Origin: Candidatus Obscuribacteraceae bacterium
Lineage (GTDB): Bacteria; Cyanobacteriota; Vampirovibrionia; Obscuribacterales; Obscuribacteraceae
Assembly: GCA_044229845.1 (NCBI GenBank)
Contig: JBGASG010000002.1
Coordinates: 320,001-384,000 of the forward strand
Reading direction: 5' to 3'
DNA length: 64,000 bases
Made by a program: the position numbers and the translations under genes
In this document: positions 10,101 to 19,133 of the stretch, in pieces
Numbering within the stretch: position 1 is the first letter of the stretch
Layout: each line of letters starts with the position of its first letter
Notes under the pieces: generated by a model
Databases searched by the model: none
What the model was told of the DNA's origin: nothing
Seen by the model: the letters and a program-made list of their open reading frames with translations, nothing else

Positions 10101-13100
10101 TCGGCAGAACTCGGAGCCACAGCCGACTGGGGCAGGGGCTGCGCGAATTGCTGCGGCTGCGCGTGTTGTGGGAACTGCGGTTGGGCGTATTGCTGCGGTT
10201 GGGCAAACTGCTGCATCGGCAACGGTTGCACCGGGATTTGCATTTGCGGTTGCTGGAATTGTTGGAACTGCGGTGCCTGGAACTGCGGTTGCGGGAACTG
10301 CGGCATCTGCGGAGCATAGCCTTGCGGCTGGGCCCCCAGGTAAGCCAGCATGACACGCTGTTGAGTTTCGAGGAAGCTCTGCGTCATCTGCAGCATGGTT
10401 TGCTGGAATTGCATCATCACGGCTGCCGAAGCCGGGTCGATGCCGGCTCTGCCGGCTGCCGGGAGCACCGGCATGGGCACCGCCGTGGGCAGAGCGTAGG
10501 CGGTGGGAGCGGGCACGCCTTGCGGTGCGCCTTGCTGGGCAGGCACCGCCTGTGATGCGGGCAGCGGGCGACCGATTGCCGCCGCTTGTGGTTGCATTGC
10601 AGACACTGGGGGCGGCGGTTTGGGCAACGCATTCGCTGTTGCTTGCACCAGCGGCTGAGCGGGCAGCGGAGCGTGCTGTCCGTGTCCATTGCCGTTCCCA
10701 TTGCCATGACCGTTGCCGTGGCCGTTGCCATTGCCGTTACCGTTGCCACCGAAGGGCTCAGATATCGTTCCGGAGATCGGTTGCATATTGACGTGACCCG
10801 ACGTTTTGCCGTTTCCGCCGTTGTTTCCGTTTGCGCCATTGTCCATGGGGCCAGTCGTCGCTCCCTGTATCTTCTTGAACGTCGCCGACACAGCTTGCTG
10901 TGTCGAAGGCGTTCCTATCCGCTTGATCTGCGCGCTGTTGACGCGATAAATCAATTTGCCGCGAGCCGCTTTGGGCTGCCGCTCAAAATCTGCTTCCAGC
11001 GCCCGGGTCGCTATTCCCGGACGACTAAACAATCTGGAAAGGTCAGCCCGCACGCCATGAACCAGCAATTGAGCCAGCACATGCTGCAACTGTGTGATGC
11101 CATGCTTGCCGTTGCGATCGCTCGCCACAGCCACATGCTCACGGTCTTCCAGAATTGCGGAGACGAGTCCGGTCAGCACTTGCCCGGGACCCACTTCGAT
11201 AAATATGCGTGCTCCGTCGTCATGCATGCGCTGCACTTCGCCGACGAAGTTGACCGGCTCTACCAGGTGCTGAGCCAGGGACGACGCAAACTTGCCTTCG
11301 TGCGGGACAGTGGTCGTGTTGGAGTAGACCGGCAGCTCAGGTTCACGGAACTCGATCTTCTTAAGGGCGGTTTCCAGTTCGGTGCGGGCAGCCTGCATGA
11401 GTGGGCTGTGGAAAGCAGCCGAAACTGCGATTGGCTTGTTCGCCACACCCTCGCGGGTGAGCGCTTCGCACGCATCTTTGATATCAGCATGCGCACCGGA
11501 AATGATTGTCTGGTTGGGAGCGTTGATGTTGGCGATCACCACGCCGGGATGCGACTTCAGCGCTGTCTTCACTTTATCGGCTGGCGCGGCGACGGCAGCC
11601 ATGGTGCCGGTCTCGCCACCCACAGGACGAGCCAGGAGGCGTCCGCGCAACTCCGAGATATCAAACAGATCTTGTTGCGAGACGGAACCGGCCGCGTAGA
11701 GGGCGACGTACTCGCCGTAGCTGTGTCCCGCCACCATATTCGGTGTGACGCCGAGTGCAGCAAGCAAGTGGAACATAGCCAGGTCGGCCGCACCAACAGC
11801 CGGTTGGGCCACGTGTGTATCGGTGAGCGCGGTCTGCTGCTGCTTGCGTTCTTCGTCGCTGAAAGCCGGTGCCGGATAGACGTAATTGCTCAGCGGTGCC
11901 GCATAGCATTTAGCCAGTTGCTTGTCGGCAGCGGTGAACGTGTCGCGGATCTCCGGGAAGTAGAGGGAGAGTTGCCGCAGCATGTCGACGCGCTGCGAAC
12001 CCTGTCCCGGGAAAAGGAAAGCAATCTTGCCGGCTGGCGCCAGTGGTTTCTCCACAAAGAAAATGCCGCGCGGGTCATTTATAAATGCAACGCCTTCATC
12101 TAATTTGACAGCCGCGAAAGCGGCTTTGGTTTCCAGGTCAGCGGCGCTTTGCGCCACGATAGCCACGGTCAAGGCGGCATCGGAGCGCTCAGCGGCGCGC
12201 GTGTAGAGGTTGTAGGACAGGTCTGCCAGGGCGCGCGCATCATCGCTGGTGCACTGCGAACGAGCGCTGTCGGACTGCTGTGCCACCAATTTTTTGGCAG
12301 TTTCCTGAGCCGCATGCAGAGCTTTGCTCAGGTCGGCTTTGGTGTTAGCACGCCAGACAAACAGTTCAGTCGGCAGCGTCTCTGAGACTGTCTCAGGGTC
12401 GCTGCTCGGATGTCCGGTGTACTCTTCCAGAACGGTGTGGAAATTGGTGCCGCCAAATCCGAAAGCGCTGACGCCGGCACGGCGCGGCTGCTCTGCGGTG
12501 TGCACCCAGGGACGCGCTTCCGAGTTGATGTAGAACGGGCTTTCTTCAAAGCGGCAGCTCGGGTTGGGCTGCTGGACGCCGATTGTCGGCGGCAAAACTT
12601 TATGGTGTAGCGACTTGGCGATTTTTATCAGCGAGGCCAGTCCGGCGGCGCACTTGCTGTGCCCGATGTTGGTCTTCACCGAACCTATGGCGCAAGCGCG
12701 GTCAGCCGCATCGTGGGCACGGAAGACGCGAGTCAATGCTTCGACTTCGGCTCTGTCACCAGCTACGGTGCCGGTGCCATGAGCTTCGACCAGTTCGACG
12801 GTGGAAGGCGAGAGTCCGGCGTCTTCGTAGGCGCGATTGAGTGCCACCATCTGCCCGGCCGGACGCGGCGCAGTCAAGCTCAGGTCGCGGCCGTCGCTGC
12901 TGCCGCCGATGCCTTTGATCACGGCGTAAATCTTGTCGCCGTCGCGCTCCGCGTCGGAGAGACGCTTGAGGACAAGCATGGCAATGCCTTCGGAGATGAC
13001 GATGCCGTCGGCGGTGGCATCGAAGGTGCGGCAACGTCCACCAGGCGACAGTGCATGCGTGTTGCTGAAACTCAGGTAGTCGCCGGGCTGGTTGTGAGTG

Positions 13101-15928
13101 TCGGTGGCGCCCAGCAAGACGACATCGCTGGTGCCGGCGCGCAACTCGTTGATGCCTACGTATAAGGCAGCCAGTGATGAGGCGCAGGCTGCATCGACGG
13201 CGAAGTTGATACCGCCGAGGTCAAAGCGGTTGGCGACTCTGCCGGCGGTGACGTTGCCCAGATAACCAGGGAAGGAGTCTTCGCTCCACTCGGGCAATTG
13301 CGACTCGATGTATTTCTTGGTGGTCTCGTCCATGTCGTGCAGCTTCCAGCCGAGCATGGAGCGCAGCGAATAAAGAGCGGTGATCGGTCCGTGTCCGGCG
13401 TTGGCCAGCAGCACAGAAGTCTTCTGACGGGCAAAGCCGCGCTTGCTGTAGCCGGCGTCGGCAAGCGCCGCCTGCGTGATTTCCAGCAAGAGCACTTGCA
13501 TGGGATCTATAGATGCCAAACTGCTCGGCGGAATTCCGTACTTAGATGGATCGAAGACGACGTCTTCCAAAAACCCGCCCCACTTCGAGATGACGCGATC
13601 TTTGTCGAGCGGATCGGTGGTGTAGTAGTTGCGCCAGTCCCATTGATATTCCGGCACTTCTTCAATGGCATCGACCTTATTGAGGATGTTCTGCCAGTAG
13701 GTTTCAACGTCATTGGCTTTCGGGAACATGCAGGACATGCCGATGATGGCAATCGGCTCGGACGGCTTGCGCGACTTTTGAGCATCGTTGACCGAGACGG
13801 TGATGCTGCGCACTTGCTTGTCCAGTATCTGCTTGCCGCCCGCAGCAATCTCTTCATGCAGTTCGGCGATGGTGATCACGCGGTCATGCATGGCGGCCAC
13901 CTGGCCGATCATATACATGCCGCTCGCCCACTGCTCGTCATCGTTGATCGAGATCAGTCCATCGGCAGTGGTTTTGCCCTGCGCGCGGCTCAGTCCCTTG
14001 CTGGCAATACGCAGGCGACCGAGATTCATCATCTCCAGTTCCTGGCGAATTTCTTCGCGTCCCTTGCTTTGCGACTCGAGGTTGCGACGCTGTTCGTCGA
14101 ATATCGATTTATATGGCGAGTCGATGCATCTGATCGAATGTCCGGGACCGGTCTCCAGCAAGACCGTTTCATCACACTGAATAGCGGCTTCCTGAAAGCG
14201 TTTGACAATGGCGCCGGCATCGACGGCTTCTTGAGTGAACAGGTAAGCAGTGCCGACCAGCACGCCGACCTTGACGCCCCGCGCCGCCAGTGGGGCGGAG
14301 AGGGTGGCCACCATGGCCGCGGACAATCCGTCATGGATGCCGCCGGCAAAAAGCACGTGGTAGGCACCGGCATCTTCGCGCGGTGCGATGCTGGAAAGCA
14401 GCACATCGACCATCGATTCCCAGAGCACGAAGCTGCTGCGCGGTCCGACGTGCCCGCCGCATTCTTTGCCTTCAAAGATGAACCGGCGCGAACCCATCTC
14501 GACAAACGACTTGAGCAGAAGCGGCGACGGCACATGCAGATAGGTGGTGATGCCGCCATCTTCCATGGCTTTCGCCTGGTCCGGACGTCCGCCGGCGATC
14601 AGAGCAAATGGCGGTTTGTACCGCTCGATCACTTCCATCTGTTCCTGGCGCAACTGCTGCGGGACAAACCCGAGCATGCCGACGCCCCACGGCAAGTCGC
14701 CGAGAGCCTCTTTGGTTTCTTTAATCAGTTTTTCGATCTCGCGAGCGCGCATCAGCGCCAGTGCGAGAAACGGCAACGCGCCGCCTTCTGCAACTTTGAG
14801 CGCGAACTCGGCCGTGTCGCTGACCCGGGTCATGGCGCCTTGTACGATCGGATACTTGGTCTTGTGCGAGCGAGCCAGAGGTGAGTCCGCCCCAACGATC
14901 TCGACCTGGGTGGATTGAGTGAGGTGTTCCTTCACAGCATCGCGCAGACCGTCGATGACACCGGCAGTAGTGCCGAAGCGATCAGCGAACGAAGAGGCAA
15001 AAGCGACATCTTGTCCGGCGGCGAGGATAAAATCCTTGCCGTTGACGTCGTCGTCGGCCGTCAGTTCTTGCTTGATCGCCGCCAGCCAACCCAACGACTT
15101 CGTTTCTTCCGAAAGCGGCTTCGAGCCTGGCACGTCCATTTTTTTGGTCAGGTCCTGCAATGCATCATGGGCGGTGCTGCCGGCGCGCGCGTAGATGCGC
15201 CATGTCTGGCGCTGGGGTCCGGTGAAAATCTGCGATTCGGTGCCGTCCATGCGCGACAGTTTTACTTTCAGCGGCAGCGGCAAAATCGACTCGCGCACCA
15301 GAGCCAGCTGCCAGTCGAGCACCACGCCCTGAGCGCCGGCGGTGCGGCAGGCAGCCGCGGTGTGGACGCCGACGCCGCCATGTGCCCAGAACGGCACTTT
15401 CACTTCTTGCGCCAGGCGCTGCAAGAGAACAAAAGTTGTTTCTTCCCCGACTCGTCCGCCCGCTTCGTGTCCCTTGGCGATCAAAGCGTCGCAGCCGGCG
15501 GTCTCAGCCAGGCGAGCTTCCTTGAGCGAAGTCACTTCCACAAAAGACAGCCAGCCGCAAGCTCTCACCAGTTTGACGGCGGCTTCCAAATCAACGCGTT
15601 CAATCTGCGGCGCGCCGGCGGTCACAATGATGAGCGTGCTCTCGGGCAGTGCCAGCGTATCAAGCTGGTCGGAGAGGCGGCGAAACTGTTCGGCACCGCA
15701 TTTGATACCAAGCCCGGAATTGACGGAAGCGGCGGCCGCGGCGGCGGTCAAAGACTGCACGGCGGCAAAAGCGGCGGCGTCGTCGAGCAATTCGACATCG
15801 ACCACACCAAAGGCGCCGGCGCGTGCAGCGGCGATCGCGATGGCGGGATTCGCAAAGGACTCCTGGCGGTGCGCAGGCTGGACAGCGATGATACCGAAAC
15901 TCGACATTTGAAATCCCATCAGCGGCAA
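7109..15928 (-). CDS. Iterative Pfa/Hgl-like type I PKS: two FabK/nitronate-monooxygenase-like (PfaD-type ER) barrels-KS-AT-ACP-KR-DH
   Basis: KGHEAGG and EGKECGGHVG barrels; KS DAACASS/EAHGTGT/NIGHSK; AT GHSYG and AFHS; one ACP LGIDSIKRVEI; KR ITGGARGI, HGAG, YVSANE; DH YLDDHKFDGVPVLP and DSAMQ. True start may be a nearby ATG. Confidence 0.92.
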   Translation of the reverse strand: MPLMGFQMSSFGIIAVQPAHRQESFANPAIAIAAARAGAFGVVDVELLDDAAAFAAVQSLTAAAAAASVNSGLGIKCGAEQFRRLSDQLDTLALPESTLIIVTAGAPQIERVDLEAAVKLVRACGWLSFVEVTSLKEARLAETAGCDALIAKGHEAGGRVGEETTFVLLQRLAQEVKVPFWAHGGVGVHTAAACRTAGAQGVVLDWQLALVRESILPLPLKVKLSRMDGTESQIFTGPQRQTWRIYARAGSTAHDALQDLTKKMDVPGSKPLSEETKSLGWLAAIKQELTADDDVNGKDFILAAGQDVAFASSFADRFGTTAGVIDGLRDAVKEHLTQSTQVEIVGADSPLARSHKTKYPIVQGAMTRVSDTAEFALKVAEGGALPFLALALMRAREIEKLIKETKEALGDLPWGVGMLGFVPQQLRQEQMEVIERYKPPFALIAGGRPDQAKAMEDGGITTYLHVPSPLLLKSFVEMGSRRFIFEGKECGGHVGPRSSFVLWESMVDVLLSSIAPREDAGAYHVLFAGGIHDGLSAAMVATLSAPLAARGVKVGVLVGTAYLFTQEAVDAGAIVKRFQEAAIQCDETVLLETGPGHSIRCIDSPYKSIFDEQRRNLESQSKGREEIRQELEMMNLGRLRIASKGLSRAQGKTTADGLISINDDEQWASGMYMIGQVAAMHDRVITIAELHEEIAAGGKQILDKQVRSITVSVNDAQKSRKPSEPIAIIGMSCMFPKANDVETYWQNILNKVDAIEEVPEYQWDWRNYYTTDPLDKDRVISKWGGFLEDVVFDPSKYGIPPSSLASIDPMQVLLLEITQAALADAGYSKRGFARQKTSVLLANAGHGPITALYSLRSMLGWKLHDMDETTKKYIESQLPEWSEDSFPGYLGNVTAGRVANRFDLGGINFAVDAACASSLAALYVGINELRAGTSDVVLLGATDTHNQPGDYLSFSNTHALSPGGRCRTFDATADGIVISEGIAMLVLKRLSDAERDGDKIYAVIKGIGGSSDGRDLSLTAPRPAGQMVALNRAYEDAGLSPSTVELVEAHGTGTVAGDRAEVEALTRVFRAHDAADRACAIGSVKTNIGHSKCAAGLASLIKIAKSLHHKVLPPTIGVQQPNPSCRFEESPFYINSEARPWVHTAEQPRRAGVSAFGFGGTNFHTVLEEYTGHPSSDPETVSETLPTELFVWRANTKADLSKALHAAQETAKKLVAQQSDSARSQCTSDDARALADLSYNLYTRAAERSDAALTVAIVAQSAADLETKAAFAAVKLDEGVAFINDPRGIFFVEKPLAPAGKIAFLFPGQGSQRVDMLRQLSLYFPEIRDTFTAADKQLAKCYAAPLSNYVYPAPAFSDEERKQQQTALTDTHVAQPAVGAADLAMFHLLAALGVTPNMVAGHSYGEYVALYAAGSVSQQDLFDISELRGRLLARPVGGETGTMAAVAAPADKVKTALKSHPGVVIANINAPNQTIISGAHADIKDACEALTREGVANKPIAVSAAFHSPLMQAARTELETALKKIEFREPELPVYSNTTTVPHEGKFASSLAQHLVEPVNFVGEVQRMHDDGARIFIEVGPGQVLTGLVSAILEDREHVAVASDRNGKHGITQLQHVLAQLLVHGVRADLSRLFSRPGIATRALEADFERQPKAARGKLIYRVNSAQIKRIGTPSTQQAVSATFKKIQGATTGPMDNGANGNNGGNGKTSGHVNMQPISGTISEPFGGNGNGNGNGHGNGHGNGNGNGHGQHAPLPAQPLVQATANALPKPPPPVSAMQPQAAAIGRPLPASQAVPAQQGAPQGVPAPTAYALPTAVPMPVLPAAGRAGIDPASAAVMMQFQQTMLQMTQSFLETQQRVMLAYLGAQPQGYAPQMPQFPQPQFQAPQFQQFQQPQMQIPVQPLPMQQFAQPQQYAQPQFPQHAQPQQFAQPLPQSAVAPSSADSNGHDPSGYAASGNGSDPHAHNHGNNGGDPSNEAADQSMNAEQLIAGLLEIVSQRTGYPPEMLDPALDLEADLGIDSIKRVEILNSFRKLLPQSTQDHLEGSLEQLAGTKTLQGIIDWIKSENIGGGGPAAQATAATDATAAAGTVSSPINSSNVASTEAGPTLAKEVSRGQVQLIAVSLEGKPAKITSAIVIGDGKGLAEKVSSKLKTEGASVTLLKSEDFASAETLQKKLTGVKAPIDAIVHLSALDVDGDDVEKSAQAVRSLFLLGKALHPHFSGSKQRVAVVSAVDLGGAFGFDGVKESPSTLPVSAAVVGLTKTFKKEWAHLQVRCVDFQSAVKPAQRAELILKELTHDCDVVEIAYQGEQRLGLDIVAVPVDTKLTSGMKLDKSSVILITGGARGITAEIAVELAEKYQPQIILVGRLPKPVDEEDASTAAFQTAREVKAAIMEKLKAQGKPVSVAGVETIYQQLMREREVRNNLARIRKAGASVMYNSVDVRDRKAFTEFIGNLYESFGNIDGVVHGAGIIEDAYIKDKTVESFDRVFFTKVNSAFSLASALRFDTLKFLTFFSSIVGRTGNAGQSDYVSANEVLNKLAQQLNQTTDARVASLLWGPWKAGMAQPELEEIFARYGWAMIEVGDGRRSFIEELQHGKKSDAEVMLVGKLSDTGGGSGGELLDASSVKAAGARLGQAQVRRAQPGEAEFEVTLSTGEDRYLDDHKFDGVPVLPMAFALELMSEAAIATFPGMTLRRITEMDIPSGLVFDTASKKMVVKVTAESHANQVVLARVSVSNASGKVHFKSLIELGASPSQTSGTTVTGATTSVPVAFHAPTLEQAEATPPTVKHIYTNYMFHGPAFQGITGLSALGIDGIVGSLAPSAPAECLQTPGATEWVIDPILFDSAMQLAGVWARHYLDITVLPTGFKALHYFKAPLGTTFTGRVFIPPDTGKTELLCDLAIYNEQNQLVMVVEGLGGIGNKSLNRFASQPKALRSGSSQ

Positions 15929-16167
15929 TGCAATCCTTTGCCGTTAAAAACTGCGTGCGCCATGAATTCGCAAAACCCGCAACACCGAACCTCTTCGGGC
16001 GTCATAGAGTATATAAATTCAAATAGGCGCAACCATTGAAGAGGTTTTAAGAAGCAAAGCAAAAAGCCTATGAGCGCCGTGTGAGAACTTGCCAACAGTT
16101 AAAGATTATGTTTTGTTACTCCGCCCAAAACGGCGCCGGTGCTCGATCAATATGCGCTGTCCATGCT

Positions 16168-17358
16168 TCAGGAAATGACAAGAGTTTCAGTTGGGCTTCG
16201 TAACTCATAGGTGATACCGCGCCACTGAATTCGGTTCGTGATTACGGAATACAAAGTTAACCAGGGCAAAACAAAATGGGCCAGGGGGATGGCCATACAG
16301 GAAGCAGCCAGCGACTCCTGCAGGTAGCTTTGGCGATCAGAGAGAACCCGTTGCCAGAGCCCACGGGCATGCAGCAAGAACCAGATTTCCACCGGGAAAA
16401 TGCAGGCGCCGGCCATGGTCGCAAGCCCGAAAGCCATATCGCCTGTAGCCAACCAACCGATGACGGCAAAAGACATGGCAAACAGCCAGACCGCCATCAG
16501 AGTTGCGCGCACGATGGCTCTCCGCCAGAGTTTCGGGTAATAGACCTTAGTGAGAATCAGCTGGCGGTTGGTCCACTCGAAAATTTCAGCAACGGTCTGG
16601 TCGCCGTCGCTTGCCACCAGGCATTGCGGTACGAAGTGAACGCGCAGTCCCAACTCTTTAACGGCGGTGGTGAGAGACAAATCATCATCACAGGCGCGGT
16701 CCCAATGGTCGGCCACACGCGCCTCTTCGAAGATCGAGCGGCGAATAGCCATGGCGCCGCCCCATGCGAATGCATCCGGACCAGCCATTTCCCAAGCCGA
16801 CATGCGATTCCAGAGAGAGCGAAGAACCGATGGCCAGTTGGTTACAGAGGCGATGTAAAACCGGTAACCGGTGCAGACGCCGATCTGCGGATTTTGCAAC
16901 GGAGCCACCAGATGACGAAGGAAGTCCTGACGGGCAATCACGTCGGCATCAACGAATACGATTACTTCCGTGTCGGATGAGACATCTTTAAGCGCTCGCA
17001 GCTGATTGTTGACCTTCTGTGCCCTCTGCGGATTGACGCCGGCGATCACGATCGCGGTGCGAACTTGATTTTGCTCGGCACAAATTTCCTTTAAAGCTGG
17101 ATATGCAGGATCGGCTTCGGAAGCTAAACAAAAGATCACCTGAAAGTCCGGGTAGTCTTGAGAGAGCAACTTGCGAATATTGTCGTGAAAACCGACGTCC
17201 AAACCCTTGCACGGGAGAATGACTGTGGTCCTGGGCACGTATGGCGCTAAGGGTCGATTTAGCTCCGCTTGTACATAGTTGAACAATCGCTTGAAGGCGA
17301 TCGATTGCACTACCGCTACGATGATGGTCATCGCCAGAAGCAAAAGAACAATCGTCAT
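16168..17358 (-). CDS. GT2/GT21 ceramide-glucosyltransferase-like (HpnI-like) glycosyltransferase
   Basis: N-terminal TM, VILPCKG, QKVNNQ, FVDAD, AWGGAMA, DDLSL, WTNRQ, C-terminal TMs and IQWRGITY. Start set at ATG 17358. Confidence 0.85.
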   Translation of the reverse strand: MTIVLLLLAMTIIVAVVQSIAFKRLFNYVQAELNRPLAPYVPRTTVILPCKGLDVGFHDNIRKLLSQDYPDFQVIFCLASEADPAYPALKEICAEQNQVRTAIVIAGVNPQRAQKVNNQLRALKDVSSDTEVIVFVDADVIARQDFLRHLVAPLQNPQIGVCTGYRFYIASVTNWPSVLRSLWNRMSAWEMAGPDAFAWGGAMAIRRSIFEEARVADHWDRACDDDLSLTTAVKELGLRVHFVPQCLVASDGDQTVAEIFEWTNRQLILTKVYYPKLWRRAIVRATLMAVWLFAMSFAVIGWLATGDMAFGLATMAGACIFPVEIWFLLHARGLWQRVLSDRQSYLQESLAASCMAIPLAHFVLPWLTLYSVITNRIQWRGITYELRSPTETLVIS

Positions 17359-17403
17359 AGAAAACCCTATAGGTGAGCTCCGGCTTCCGTCCGGAACTGG
17401 CAG

Positions 17404-17409
17404 TATAAT
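17404..17409 (+). promoter_or_regulatory. Putative -10 box in the divergent GT2/GH3 intergenic region
   Basis: TATAAT 45 bp upstream of the GGAG-preceded GTG at 17454. Confidence 0.4.
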
Positions 17410-17453
17410 GCCAAAATTCGATTTTTGTTGTCCTCGAAGACCGGAGACGATGC

Positions 17454-19133
17454 GTGTTTCGCAAGGTTCTATATTCAGCATTCAGCCTGCTCGGTGAGCG
17501 CCAGGTAAAACGCTTTATGCAGGCCAGCACTGAGCCGCGCGCCGCACAGCAGGCTCAATTGATGAGCATAATTTCAAGCAATAAAACGTCGCAGTTCGGG
17601 CGTCAACATGATTTCTCTTCAATCAAAGACATTCGTGACTTTCAGTCGGCAGTCCCGATCACTGATTACGAGGAGATGCGTCCCTGGGTCGAACGGGCGA
17701 CCGGTGGACAGTCGGCAGTTTTGACCAGCGACGACCCCGTCATGTTTGCCACTACCAGTGGTACCACAGCCCAGCCCAAATACATTCCGATAACCAAAGG
17801 ATATATCGAAGAGTTTCGCCGGGCATCAGTCGTATCGGGGTACTTCCTGCTAAAGAATTTCCCGCAGCTGGTCAACGGCACGACGCTTTCAGTCGTCTCC
17901 CCCGCCGAAGAGGGGCGCACGCCGGGGGGCACGCCCTACGGCGCTATTTCCGGGCAGCTGTTTCGCCAGGAGCCATTCCTTATAAAGAAGTACATCTCCC
18001 CTATTCCTTATGATGTGTTTTTGATCAAGGATTACGAGACCAAGTACTACACGCTTCTAAGATTGGCGCTGTCCCTGCCGGTTTCGGTCTTCTACACACT
18101 CAACCCGAGCACGATCGCCTTGCTCTGCCGGCGCCTGCAGAAATATGCACCGGATCTGGTGCGAGACATAAGAGACGGCACCATCACACCTCCCACTCCG
18201 CTTTCCCAAACAACGCTGGCGGCAGTGAAGCATTTTCTCTCGCCCGATCCGGCGCGGGCCGCGCAGCTGGCGCTGCTCGCCGAACAGGGTCAGTTCGTGC
18301 CCCACAAACTCTGGCCGACCTTGCAGGTCGTCTCCTGCTGGACCAAAGCAGCAGCCAGTTTTTATCTCGCCGACTTTCCGGAGTTTTTCGGGAAGGTGCC
18401 GGTCTGCGATATTACTTACGGCGCCAGCGAAGGACGCGGCACTGTATTCATCGGTCCCAATCAACAAATGCTGGCACTACTCTGTCACTTCTTCGAATTC
18501 ATAGCCGAAGACGAGATCGACAGCCCTCAGCCGCAGGTGCTGCTCGCCGATCAGTTAGAGCTGGGGCGCAATTACTTCATTTTGTTCACGACCTCGGGCG
18601 GACTCTATCGCTACAACATAAATGATGTCGTGAAGGTGGTCGGTTTTCACAACGCCACCCCACTTCTGGAATTCCAGTACAAAGGCGGCAACATCTGTTC
18701 CTTTACAGGAGAGAAAATCACCGAGTTGCAAGTCACGCGGGCGATGTCGGAAGCGATGGCGCAAACCGGCGTACAGACTCGTTTCTTCACGGTGCTGCCC
18801 GAGTTCAGACCCAACCCTCACTACGAAGTGTGGATCGAGCCGCTCGACCAGCTGCCACCACAGACAGTATCGATATTGACCAGCGCTTTTGACGAAATTC
18901 TCGGCAAGTTAAACGTCGAATACAAGACGAAACGTGACTCGTTACGACTGGACGATGTGTCGGCCAGACTGATCGCACCTGGCACCTATGAGAGTTTTCG
19001 CAAACACCTGGTGAGCGCCGGTGTCGCAGACGCACAAATCAAAGTCAGCCATCTCAATCCCAAGCAAGAGACGCGCGACTATTTCCAGCAGGCATTGATC
19101 AGTGAGGGCAGCACCGCATGGGCGACCGCATAA
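17454..19133 (+). CDS. GH3 family acyl-adenylate/amido synthetase
   Basis: TSGTT.QPKYIP, YGASEG, HFFEFI, TTSGGLYRYNINDVV, GEKITE are the GH3 motifs. Confidence 0.9.
   Translation: MFRKVLYSAFSLLGERQVKRFMQASTEPRAAQQAQLMSIISSNKTSQFGRQHDFSSIKDIRDFQSAVPITDYEEMRPWVERATGGQSAVLTSDDPVMFATTSGTTAQPKYIPITKGYIEEFRRASVVSGYFLLKNFPQLVNGTTLSVVSPAEEGRTPGGTPYGAISGQLFRQEPFLIKKYISPIPYDVFLIKDYETKYYTLLRLALSLPVSVFYTLNPSTIALLCRRLQKYAPDLVRDIRDGTITPPTPLSQTTLAAVKHFLSPDPARAAQLALLAEQGQFVPHKLWPTLQVVSCWTKAAASFYLADFPEFFGKVPVCDITYGASEGRGTVFIGPNQQMLALLCHFFEFIAEDEIDSPQPQVLLADQLELGRNYFILFTTSGGLYRYNINDVVKVVGFHNATPLLEFQYKGGNICSFTGEKITELQVTRAMSEAMAQTGVQTRFFTVLPEFRPNPHYEVWIEPLDQLPPQTVSILTSAFDEILGKLNVEYKTKRDSLRLDDVSARLIAPGTYESFRKHLVSAGVADAQIKVSHLNPKQETRDYFQQALISEGSTAWATA

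Noticed and set aside
10586..16039. Long plus-strand ORFs (505, 528, 374 aa) opposite the PKS
   Set aside because: Antisense shadows of a GC-rich gene; no recognisable motifs.
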